The position numbers were made by a program, and so were the translations under genes. A DNA stretch of 64,000 nucleotides from contig CM022677.1 of the NCBI GenBank assembly GCA_012295275.1, positions 1-64,000 of the forward strand, given 5' to 3'. The stretch is from Chrysomallon squamiferum (Eukaryota > Animalia > Mollusca). This document shows, in pieces, positions 38,171 to 50,226 of the stretch; the stretch's first letter is position 1, and each line of letters starts with the position of its first letter. Below the pieces are notes generated by a model that was given only the letters and a program-made list of their open reading frames with translations, was not told where the DNA came from and ran no database searches.

Positions 38171-39011
38171 GGAAAAGAATGACTTCAAAATGTGGGGTTT
38201 TTTAAACTTCGAGCCCGTCGTAAAGGAAAACAAAGAAAGTACGTTCTTCTCTTCGTAATCGACCCCTCCCCTCTTCGGGCGACTCGACTGGAGGCTCCCT
38301 CCATTCTGACGTGCAACGATGTCTTCTCTCTGAACACGAAGGATTCCGGTACGACCGCCGTTTCGAAGACGTTTCGAAGGCGTCTCCGGCGGAGATGTTG
38401 TCCTCGTCGTCCATGTCGGAAGTTTGAGTTCCGACCGATACCGTCGCTGGGGGGTCTCTGAGTTCGAACACGCATCGTCGTACCTCCTCCGCCCATCTCT
38501 CGCATCGAAAACCACAACGTAGCACCTATGTCAGTTGGACATTACAATCATCATCATTATCATCATCACCAACATCTTGAGAATCTTCATCCTTACAATA
38601 ATCATCAGGATCATCAATATCATTATCATCATTATCTTCATTACTTTATGTAATACAAAACAGACATTGTTTGTTTGTTTGTGTGTATATGTGTCTGTAT
38701 GTGTGTGTGTGTGTCTGTTTGTCTGTCTGTCTATACGTTCTATTGTTACTGACAGGTTTGGAAGTCGTGTGCAGAGAACACGGAACTGAGCGGGAATATA
38801 CGAAGCTGGATTTTATGATGAGTAAATACAAAAAGTATCTTAGTACAGGTAATTATTTGTATACCTCTATTATTTTTTTGTTGTTGTTGTTGTTTTTTTG
38901 TTGTTTTTTTTTTTTTTTTTTTTTTGTTGTTGTTTTTTTTTTTTAAATTATTATTATTTTATTATTATATTGTATGTGTGTGTGCAAATTGATTTGAAAA
39001 ATATTCTACAG

Positions 39012-39449
39012 ACGTCAAACAATAAAATAAAAATAAAGAAAGCACCTCCATCCAACGTTTCTAATCCGTGCACTCCGGAAAAGAATGTGAACGGCAACGT
39101 CTTTTTTTTCTCATATCCACCAGACAAACGTAAATTCATTTACTGCGACTCGTGGGGTTACGCTCACTTACTGTCCTGTCGCCATGGAGATATCTGGTAC
39201 CAGAACGCTCAGATGTGCTCTCTTTACGTCGCAACGAACTCTCCCGGAAACGGAACTAGTTCTCTTGATTACAGTCTTCTGTGTTCCCAAGGCGGTGAAT
39301 TCTACCATCATCCAAGCGATCCGCACAAATACATCAACTGCGGCCCTGACGGCTTCTACTACGTACAGGCGTGTCCCATTCACGTGGTTTTTGACATCAG
39401 AGATCGTGCTTGCGTCCGTCAACACGACATCGGAACAGTTATTGGCTAA
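39012..39449 (+). CDS. Terminal exon with two chitin-binding type-2 (peritrophin-A/CBM14)-like domains
   Basis: NPC...FFSYPPDKRKFIYCDSWG...SCRHGDIWYQNAQMC and LC...YHHPSDPHKYINCGPDG..YVQACPIHVVFDIRDRACV. Ends GTVIG*. AATAAA follows at ~39477 and ~39528. Confidence 0.82.
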   Translation, partial: TSNNKIKIKKAPPSNVSNPCTPEKNVNGNVFFFSYPPDKRKFIYCDSWGYAHLLSCRHGDIWYQNAQMCSLYVATNSPGNGTSSLDYSLLCSQGGEFYHHPSDPHKYINCGPDGFYYVQACPIHVVFDIRDRACVRQHDIGTVIG

Positions 39450-39562
39450 CCCTTCGTGCATTTCTTCACATGATGTAATAAATTTGTTTTGGTTGTATGA
39501 TGATGGTAATTACGATGCATTTAACACAATAAAATGATGGTAAGATCTCACAGAAACAAAAT

Positions 39563-39596
<34 letters not shown>

Positions 39597-40151
39597 AAAC
39601 ATTATTATTATTTTTATCATCATCATCATTAATTTATTTATTTAATTATTTGTTCATTTATTTATTTATTTATTTTCTTTCTAAATATATTTTTGTAAAA
39701 CAACATAACTAAGGGAATGTTTTCAAATTCAGTTAATTAATCAGTCAATAATAAATAAATAATAAAGAATGAAAGAAAGAAAGAAAGAAGAAAAGAAGAA
39801 ACAGATATAGAAACAAAACTCAATTGATTAATATTCTACTTGTCTAAATATCTGTAATACTAAATAATTTTGAATTACTGATTATGTATATATGTATATT
39901 ATTTTTTGTGTTTGTTTGTGTGTCTTTGTCTGAGCGTTATATAACAGTTACGTGGATATTTTTTCTTGTTCTTTTTCTATTCATCTTTTATCCTCCCAAC
40001 CATGATTCATAATAGTCTGCGGTTATTTGATTTGTTCTTTTATTCATTCATCTGATAATTCTTCCATTTATCATACATCGATCCATTCATTAGTTATGTT
40101 CTCAAATGTTTTCATTCTTCATTCTTCCATTCATTATTTCTATCGTTTCAG

Positions 40152-40466
40152 TTCACCCTGTACTCGTGGATTCTTCAAAACAAAATAATTTTGTCGTGGC
40201 TCATCTAGGACAAACAGTCTTCTTAAACAAAATTGTTTTCTCCCGTTCCAACACTGTCTCTGAACAAAAAGGGAAATGTTAACAAGGAAACATCAGCAGT
40301 GTTGACGTTGCTGTAAACATCCACAACGTGAAGGTGAAGTGTACTCGATACGTGATGTCATCTTTATTTCGTTACGCTAACAAAAGTGATATTGGAAAGC
40401 ACGTGCTTACCGTGTTTGTAACCAGTTTAAATGGGACTACTTTTTTTACCAGACTTGTCACAGTGG
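40152..40466 (+). pseudogene. Decayed membrane-proximal Ig-like exon
   Basis: tttcag acceptor and gtgagt donor, phase 1-1: HPVLVDSSKQNNFVVAHLGQTVFLNKIVFS...C*QGNISSVDVAVNIHNVKVK...KSDIGKHVLTVF...NGTTFFTRLVTV. One stop at 40280-40282. Confidence 0.55.
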
Positions 40467-41249
40467 GTGAGTTAGTCAGAAAATATAAAATTACATTTGT
40501 AATATCGTTATATTAGTAACTGTTGACGTCGTAGAAGTTGTAGCAGTAGAGATAGTTATAAAAGTTGAACAAACATTAAAATGAACGGGCTGTGACAGAA
40601 ATAATGTAATAGTTGTCGCAGTTGTAATGTATTGATAGTAGTAGTAGTAGTAGTAGTACTAGTACTAGTAGTAGTAGTAGTATGATGCTTGAACCAACTT
40701 TTTTTGTTAGTGGTGATAGTTGTAGGACTGGTAATGATAATAATAATAATAATTATTATAATAATAAAGTGAAATCAATATTTTATTTACAAAAGGTATG
40801 ATAGGAAATGTATTTTAGAAAACTAAAAACCACAACTAAGAACTATATTGTTTATGGATGTTGAACTCATTGTCAGATAAACGCGACAGAATCTCAAAAC
40901 ACTCATAATGTTGAGTTATAAAAGCAAGCTAACGTTTTAACATATCTTGTTTTAAATAATCCTAAAACACCAGTCTACGATAATATCATTTCCTCTTTCC
41001 AGAACTCAACAAAACATAGAATGATAGTGCAAAATTTCAAAATAATCTATGACAATTCACTACAATAAATAAATAAATAAGTAGATAAATAAATAAATAT
41101 AAATTTTATATTTTTTCTCTCTAACTAGAACTGTGCGAGTCATATTTAAATAATTTCATCTTTCGGGAAATTGAATGTAATTCCTACGTCTGTCCAGTCA
41201 CAAAAATGTAAGTGATAAGATCCCACGAGCAAATACAGTTCTATGATTT

Positions 41250-41324
<75 letters not shown>

Positions 41325-41508
41325 TTTTTTTTTTTTTTTTTTTATTATTATTATTTTTTTTTTTTTTTTTTTTGACGTTCCCGTTGATTCTTTGGAAATA
41401 AAGATTGAAATAAAGCCAGAGAAAGTCGACGTGAAAATTCATCAGATATATTAACATAATAATATTACAATCACGTACTTTTCCTCTCATGTTCAGTTTA
41501 ACCTGAAG

Positions 41509-41551
<43 letters not shown>

Positions 41552-42486
41552 ATTACTCCTACGACTACTCCGGCAACAATAGGTTGTAGAACTACAAAAA
41601 GTATAATAACCACTACTACGATATTAGTTCTACAATTTCCACACCAACAACAGCTGCCTCTACTACCAGGACACTTATGATGTTGCTAAGACCATTACTA
41701 ATACCGCTGTTACTGCTACTACAACTTCTACTACTACTGCTACTGTCATTATAATCAAAACTGCTACGTGTTCTAATACTACTTCTACTACCACTAATAC
41801 TACTATTATCTCTAACACTAGTACACTCATATTACTTCTATTATTACTGCAACTAGTAATAAATAAACGATGTGTTATTAACCTGCTAAAGAATGATGAA
41901 CAAGAAGCATTAAAAGAAAAACGTTAATCGCGTGATTCATTTTATCTCAAATAGCAATCACAATAGTATTAAAAAACCAAACATTTTAAAATGCAAAACA
42001 CATGAAAGAAAGTATTGTGTGTAGATATGTTACTGTACAGCCAGTGTAACTCTGATATGTCTCTAATTTCCTGCTGTTTCTAATAAAACAATGACACAAA
42101 GAGGAAGATAACTAGGAACACACTAGGACCGGATCTAACAACTTGCATGGCAGGGACTTAGGGAGAGTGGGTGAAAAATATGAATTTCTAAAAATTTGTT
42201 ATTGTTTTGATACGTGTTGTTCTTTTGTTGTTGGTTCTATTGTTGTTGTTGTTGTTGTTATTATTATTATTAATATTATTGGTGTAGATTGTCTCGTTAC
42301 ATATTCTTCTAACTCCTATTGTTGTTATTATTGCTATCATTATTATTATTATCATCGTCATCATCATCATTATTGTTACTACTGCAGCTACTACTACTAT
42401 TGTTGTTGTTGTTGTTGTTGTTCTTCTTCTTCTTCTTTTTTATTATTATTATCATTATTATTTTTATTATTATTATCATTATTATC

Positions 42487-42555
<69 letters not shown>

Positions 42556-43607
42556 GTTATTATGGCTTTAGATTACTTCCGTCCACATTGTCCTGTGTTC
42601 TAATCTGACATGTTCAGATTTACAAATGTTTTACTCCCCTATGGTATGAGTGTAAATCCTCTCCTGGTTGTACTGTCATTGTTATGTTCACCATGTTTAG
42701 AAGCAAAACTGAACCCTTCAACTTCCTACATTTTTTTAAATCTGTCGTAAACAATTCATCAATCTGATCATTTACAGTGTTTTAAATGTCATTATGTAAC
42801 TATTATTATTGTTGTTGTTGTTGTTGTTGCTGCTGCTGCTCTTGTTGTTCTTATTGTCGTCGTCATCATCATCATTGCTATTATTGTTATGCAGAGTGTG
42901 TACGCCGTTAGCATACTTATCCATCAACTGGTGACGCGTTTACAATGTTGTTCAGTAAATATAACAGAGAGAGCGTAATTAAAGTCAAGACTCGATCTGT
43001 TTAAAATAGTTTTAAAATAAATGAGAACAGCAACAAAAAGATGAACATGAAAGTCAAAGGGAGAACAGAAATTTGGATTATATGTAGAGAGAGACAGTTG
43101 CATTAGTGCCCGAGGAAAATTAAAACAAATTACTTTAAAAATGGATTATTAATAATATTTTGGAAAGTTATATTTGCAATATTTTTATTTTATTTTATTT
43201 TATTTTATTTTGTTTTGTTTATTTATTTATTTTTTATTTACTTACTTATTAACTTATTTACAGACAGATAACAAACACGATTAGATCATTCATTCCGTCT
43301 ATATTATTGTTTATTTGTTTAATCATTTTTTATTTCACTCCTTTAGTATATCATTGTTATCATCGTTGTTGTTGTTGTTGCCGAAAACATACAAGTTATT
43401 CTGATGGCTTTGAAGTGGTTGGAATAGTTAAAATAATTTGTAATCTGCTCTCTGAACAAGACACAAATATTTTCAAGTGTTGTGTTTGTTTATATAGCTG
43501 TTGTTTGTTGGTTTAAATATGTTATTTATTTATTTATTCATTCATTATTTTTTTATTTTTTTGTTTGCTTGTTTGTTTGATTATTATTTATTATTGTTGG
43601 TTTATTA

Positions 43608-43656
<49 letters not shown>

Positions 43657-44624
43657 TTGATGTTTTGTAATATTTGTTTTGTATGAGCCAACTCAGAAGA
43701 CGTGACAAACAGAAACAGGTAGAGAGATATCTGAAACAGATAGACAGATACATAAGTAGATACACGGACCGACACACAAATATATAGATTAAATGACTAA
43801 CTTACTGATAGTTTAAGTGATATACAGATACATACAAGGATATATAAAGAAGTAAACACAGAGACAGATAGAGAGACGGAAAAAACAGAGATATAGGCAG
43901 ATACACAGGAAGAGAGAAAAACACATAGTGACAGTTATCTGAAGAATGCATTAACTGTTATGTGTATTTATATGACACAGACAGAACATCACGTTTTTAA
44001 AGAGAAACACAGCAAAGTATAATTAAAATAATTTTTAATGACAAACAATCTGTTTATAAAATAACTGAATATTTTTAATATGAAACTGACAGAGAGATTG
44101 TTTCAAAACATGCAGATACGTGCAGAGTATTTACATTATTAGTGTGAATCATCACATTTACATATTTTAATAAGAAACCTGACTATTTCACTATTAATAT
44201 AAAACTTAGTAATCAATATGGTTCACTATCATTAAATATAAACAGTAATAATATCCTGTGCAGTGAAAGAAAATATTTACAAATATACATCAAGTATAAA
44301 AATAGTATACAAACATAAAAGATTACACTATCAGATATATAAATTCATAAAGATAAATTATATAATGTAGAAACAATTATAAAGACTTTTAAATAAACAT
44401 TGCTATTCAATACACCATAGAGGAAAAAAGAAAAGAAACAAATATTCACAAATTTTTTGCTCGCATACACACACTTTCACGAACACACACACATTCAGAG
44501 ACACGCACAAATACACACACATATACACACAGACTGAGACATATCCCTTTACATACATTCATACAAATACACACACAGAAACATACATACCGAAACACAC
44601 GTATTCTCTCTCTGACACACGCAT

Positions 44625-44678
<54 letters not shown>

Positions 44679-44836
44679 CACAGAGTTACACTCTCGCCAG
44701 ATATTTCAAGTCGAGTGTCTGCGGAAACTATCACTTGTAAAACAAAGCAACAACTTTAACATTCAACTTGTCAGTTTACAATGAACGCAGTCCCGTTGTT
44801 AATCCTTATTGCTTATTATTATTATTATTATTATTA

Positions 44837-44882
<46 letters not shown>

Positions 44883-45349
44883 GCCTGTATTTGTTGAACT
44901 TTCTGTTTCCTCATCAGGAGATTCATCGTCAACCTGGAAGTAAGAAAACATAAATAAAAACGACATCGTTTATTTGCGTAACTGTCAGGCCTTGCTTAAC
45001 ATCCTGGATACGTTCTTAGAAACGTGACGTAAACAGTTCAACGTTGTCAGAACAATACAATGAATTATATTTGTGTATTTGCAGTAGTGTATTGCTTTTT
45101 TAAGTAAGTGAATTATTTAAAAACACTGTGTACTACAACAGCCACATTATATAAACTAGCATCATAGTTATTTCTTTTATCTATCGAAACACGGTTATAT
45201 AGTTACTGTACTTGACTACCACATGACAATCAGCAAAACCGATCTTGTCTTAGTGCGTCAGTGTGATCTCTATAACGCCACATGAGTCCGCTACGTTCAG
45301 TTGTAGAAACATTTATTAATTAATTAATTAATTAATTTATTAATTTTAT

Positions 45350-45423
<74 letters not shown>

Positions 45424-45838
45424 GTGTATTCGATCAGACGGCCTCTAAACAACGTATCACTTTGTACATAATATATTCGTTTACATGCATTTGTGTATGT
45501 GTGTGTATGTGTACGTGGTATATGGACTTGTGGAAAATGTATGTTTCTATTATTTGTATTTAATAATGATAATACTGACATTAAATAAATGAATAATTAG
45601 GAAACATATTAATATAAGAGTAACGATTAATACTAGCTAACAGATGAAGACTAAAGAAGAAAGAGGAAGAAAAAACTAAAAGAAAAGAAGAGAAAATAGA
45701 ACAAAACAAATCAAAACGAAGACGAATGAAGTAAAGTAAAAATAAAAATAATAAATTATTTAAAGACGAAGGCTAAATAAGAAAGTGGAAGATGGAAAAA
45801 ACACAAAGGAAAGAAGTAAAATGTAACGTATCAACTTA

Positions 45839-46230
45839 CTACTTCTTAACTTTTTTGACTTCAGTGTACAAGTTGTTGATATCAACTGTTTGATCTTCTG
45901 TCTGTGTTTTAGTTTTTTCGTTCACTTTTCTAACCTGTGTGTACAAACAGGACACGTCTTCCATTTCGGCTTTCCCACAATTCCCTGGTTCTCGTTTAAC
46001 TGTGTTTACCTGTGAGTACAAATCTGAAACCTCAACCTCCGCTATGTGGCTTCCTGTTTGACCGGATGTTGGCGCCGATTTATTTCCCTTTTTCGGAAGT
46101 GCATACAGAGCATCCATTGCTTCGGCTTGAGCTGTGTTTGTAGTGGTTGCCATGGAATTCTTGTCTTCGGGGACATCGTACTGAGCTTCACTCACAACGT
46201 TGTTCTCACCAGCACGTAAAACTGTAACAT
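45839..46230 (-). CDS. Receptor B terminal cytoplasmic exon
   Basis: About 12 differences in 130 aa versus copy A. All five Tyr motifs of this exon are retained. Confidence 0.8.
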
Positions 46231-46339
46231 CTTCCAAGAGAGAGAAAACAACTTAAACCTTGTAACAACAACAAAAACAACGACAACAACAGCTAAACAA
46301 AAGAGGGGAAAATATATGTGAAATAAGAAATATCCGTTT

Positions 46340-46380
<41 letters not shown>

Positions 46381-47102
46381 TATCTTCATCTTCATCATTA
46401 CAGTTATTATCGTTATTATTATTATTACTAGTAGTAGTAGTAGTAGCAATGGTAGTGGTAGATGGAGCAGTTGCATAGTGAATGTAGTAGTGGGAGTGGT
46501 AGTGATAGCAGTAATAGTAACAGTGGTGGTAATAGTAATAGCAATAGTGATAGCAGTAGTACTACTAGTAGTCATACCAGTGTAAAATATGTTGTCGTTG
46601 TAATCGTATTACCTGCATGATTTGAAGAACTGGGTGAAACAAAGTAGAGTTCATTGTCAAACATAACTGTACAAAAAAGAAATAAAAAGCACTACAAATA
46701 AACAACCCATTTCTGTATGTATGTATGTATGTATGTATGTATGTATGTGTGTATGTATGTATATATGTATGTGTGTGTGTATGTGTGTGTGTGTGTGTAT
46801 ATATATATAAATGTTGCCATTTATCAAGCTACTATACAACATTTGCCATGTGAACTTTCTAAAAGAGACTTGTTTACAGAAAAATGCAACTAGTATTTGT
46901 TCAAACATGAAATACGTTTTTTTTAAATAGAATACATTCATTAGTTTCACTTTGTGAAGTTTTCACTTACTTTCATTTTCCTCCACGTGGCTGTGGACAG
47001 CAGCAGCTTGGCTGCCTGTTTAATAAAAAAAAAAAAAAAAAAAATAAAAATATTTCTTTCTTAGAAATTACTCGTTAGTACTACAACAGAAGAACGGCTA
47101 CA

Positions 47103-47277
47103 TTAAGCACTATCAGATTACGTAATGACATTAACGACTATCAGATTACGTAATGACATTAATGACTATCAGATTACGTAATGACATTAATGACTATCAG
47201 ATTACGTAATGACATTAATGACTATCAGATTACGTAATGACATTAAGGACTTTCAGATTACGTAATGACATTAAGGC
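47103..47277. repeat. 28-bp minisatellite, ~6 copies (arm B counterpart of 18981-19578)
   Basis: Unit actatcagattacgtaatgacattaatg. Confidence 0.9.
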
Positions 47278-48617
47278 AAATTACACAAATTCAACAAAAC
47301 AGACAAAATAATAAAACAAACCGCATCTGTTTTCCAGATTTCGTAATGACATCATTGCTCCGCTGTTTGTAATGATATGAGTTTATCTTTTACAAATTAA
47401 TAAAATACAACAAAACAGACAAAATAATAAAACAAACTGCATCTGTTTTCCCTTTCTAGTCCGTGCCCCACTGTTTGTCAAGTGATATGAGTTTATCTTT
47501 TACTACTTTGTTAGTTCACAGCGTCCTAGCCGTAACAGGAAGTTTCATCTCGTTTTATGTGTGACTCTTGACAATAATACTATGTCAGAAATTTCTCTAG
47601 ATATAAAAAGATCGATTCAGTCCTCACGTTTTCCTCTATTTATTTTTCCCTTTACATTCCTTTAGACTTTCCTTTCTTCCGTTATTAACTTGTCAAATCA
47701 TTTCGTTTATTCCATTTATGTCCTCCCAATATTAATTACCTTCTTCTTCATTTGTTCTACCATCTAGTCATATATTCATTCAGTCTATTACACTTTTGTT
47801 CATTCGTTATTTCTCACCTGAAAGACAGGATCTAAAGACAGGGAAGGTTTTAGTTTGTTAGAATTTAACTAAAAAGTCTCTACACTTACTTTTACTCTTG
47901 GTTCGTTTGACGATGCACACAGTTAAAATTACAACGACAAGAACGAGAATCACTCCTGACACAGAACACGAAACAACGACAATCATAAACCAACTCTTTT
48001 TATCTGTGAATTTAAAATAATGTTCACATCTTTGTTAACTGTATATTATAAACAAAATAACGATGATGATAATGACGATGTAAAATAATGAAATAAACAA
48101 GTAAACAATTAAATAAATGAATAATAACAGAAACAAGAGTAATAGAAATGTAAGTGTATGTATCAGTTTGCATATTTTTACGTGTGTGCTTATCTGTGTA
48201 TCTATGTGTACATGTGTTTTTGTGTTCTGGCCTGTCATTTTATTTATAAAAGAAAAGAAAACGAACAAAACATATAGATACATGCAAATACAAATTTATT
48301 TTTAGATAAAATCAGAGATCTGTTATATGTTTACAATGTTCTGTAATGAATCAAAGATTGAATTAATTACATAAGTAATTAAATTAATCAGACAGGTAAG
48401 AACAGGTATCCACACGTAGGTTACATTTACCGATATAAGCTGTATTTAAGATAAAGTATTGTGTACCATCATTAAATATATTCAGTGATAAAAAACAGAA
48501 ACAAGTATTTAAGATAGTTATGTTATAATATCTGTTAATTCTTTTCTCTCTCTCTCTCTCTCTCTCTGTGTGTATATACATACACACGAGACAGAGAGAG
48601 ACAGAGAGAAAGAGATA

Positions 48618-48749
<132 letters not shown>

Positions 48750-49341
48750 TGATCAGATATGTAATAACTCACATGTATTTCTTTGTGGTATGTACGTATA
48801 TATTTATGATTTCATACGAGTGTGTGAATGTGTGTGAGTGTGTGTGAGTGTGAGTGTGTTAGTGTGTGTGTTTGTGTTTGTGCGTGTGTTTGTGTGTGTG
48901 TGTGTGACGAGCTCTGCTTAATTTGATGTTTCAGTTTTAAGTATATTTACTATTATTGTCTGTATGAGTCACAACACTTTCATTCGGTGTCGCTTTTTTC
49001 TTTGTAGATTCCACAGAATTTTCTTCACGTGTAGGTAGCTTCGTGATTTTGTGGGAGGAAACAGTAGGTGTACCCGTGTCGTTGTTATCTGACGTCACAG
49101 TTGTTTCGTTTGACGTAATAGGGTTCGTTTCTGGTGTCTGGCCTGAAGAAGTAAATAATTTAAACAATTTAATTAATAAACATTGAATGTTCTTATGTTG
49201 ATAGCAGATGCAGCACAACCCATATAACTGTTCTTGCCATTGCTGTTATTACTATCGTCATCACTTTTGATCAATTTCATATTTAAATAAATAAATAAAG
49301 TACAAAACAACAACAACAACATAATAATAATAATAATAATA

Positions 49342-49380
<39 letters not shown>

Positions 49381-49838
49381 TAGCGTTACTGTGTGAAAAT
49401 GTCACTGGCTAATATATAAGTTATTGCTGATATGCATTTATCGTCGACTTCACTGTACTACTACTAATATCTCCGGCACTGCGTTTGCTACTGTCACTAC
49501 ATCTATTACTAGTATTACTTATATTAACAGTAACACTACTGTTACACTATCACTTCTACTGATACTACCAAAGCTGTTATCACCACTAGTGTTATTTCTA
49601 TTACAAGTATTGATTGTGCTAATGTTACCACTATTATAAGCACTGCTACAACTATTACTGTCAATATTACTACTACTGTTACTGCTACAATTACTACGCA
49701 TACTACTAATAATAATACTACTACTACTACTAATAATGATGATGATGATAATAATAGTAATAATAATAATAATGATACTACTACTACTTCTACTAGTACT
49801 ACTAATAATAATGATAATAATAATAGTACAGTACTTAC

Positions 49839-50183
49839 GTGTTGGTGTAATGGGGTTGCTCTTATATTTATCACTGCTGCATGTCCATCTCTTAGAATTG
49901 TTCATAGAAATTGAAGATACTCTCAAACTGTAACTCGTTAAATAACTTTTCACTGTATTTAAAGTTTTATTTCTTGTTTGTACAAACTTACATCCGTATT
50001 TTTCTGTCGAACTTTTGTGTATGTTACATGTTTGTGTTTTATATGTACATGTACAAATGGTCTCATACCCTCGCTTAAATGCGATATCTTCTTTATAAAT
50101 ATTTCCAATAACAGAACAAACAAATGTGAAAGTTTGATTGATGACAGCCGTCCAGGAATACAGTGCTAAACCAGGATTTATAG
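49839..50183 (-). CDS. Receptor B Ig-like domain 2 exon (open, highly diverged)
   Basis: INPGLALYSWTAVINQTFTFVCSV...YSLRVSSISMNNSKRWTCSSDKYKSNPITPT, with intact splice sites and all 6 Cys. Confidence 0.8.
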
Positions 50184-50191
50184 CTGAAATA

Positions 50192-50226
<35 letters not shown>

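Larger units (their letters stand above)
36130..38535 (-). mobile_element. GC/CpG-rich foreign insert (putative endogenous viral or mobile-element fragment) inside the VWA gene
   Basis: Abrupt compositional shift with no microsatellites, dense ORFs, and its own promoter, intron and polyA signal. A tandem array sits at the left end. It lies exactly where the VWA domain breaks off. No TSD or TIR seen. Confidence 0.6.

Noticed and set aside
36120-38545. ggac(g/a)tt at both ends of the insert as a target-site duplication
   Set aside because: Too short and imperfect, and host VWA sequence is missing, so this is not a clean insertion.
38756-38848. Exon-like segment GLEVVCREHGTEREYTKLDFMMSKYKKYLST
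   Set aside because: Good splice sites, but no recognisable VWA or other motif, and its phase does not match the 39012 acceptor.
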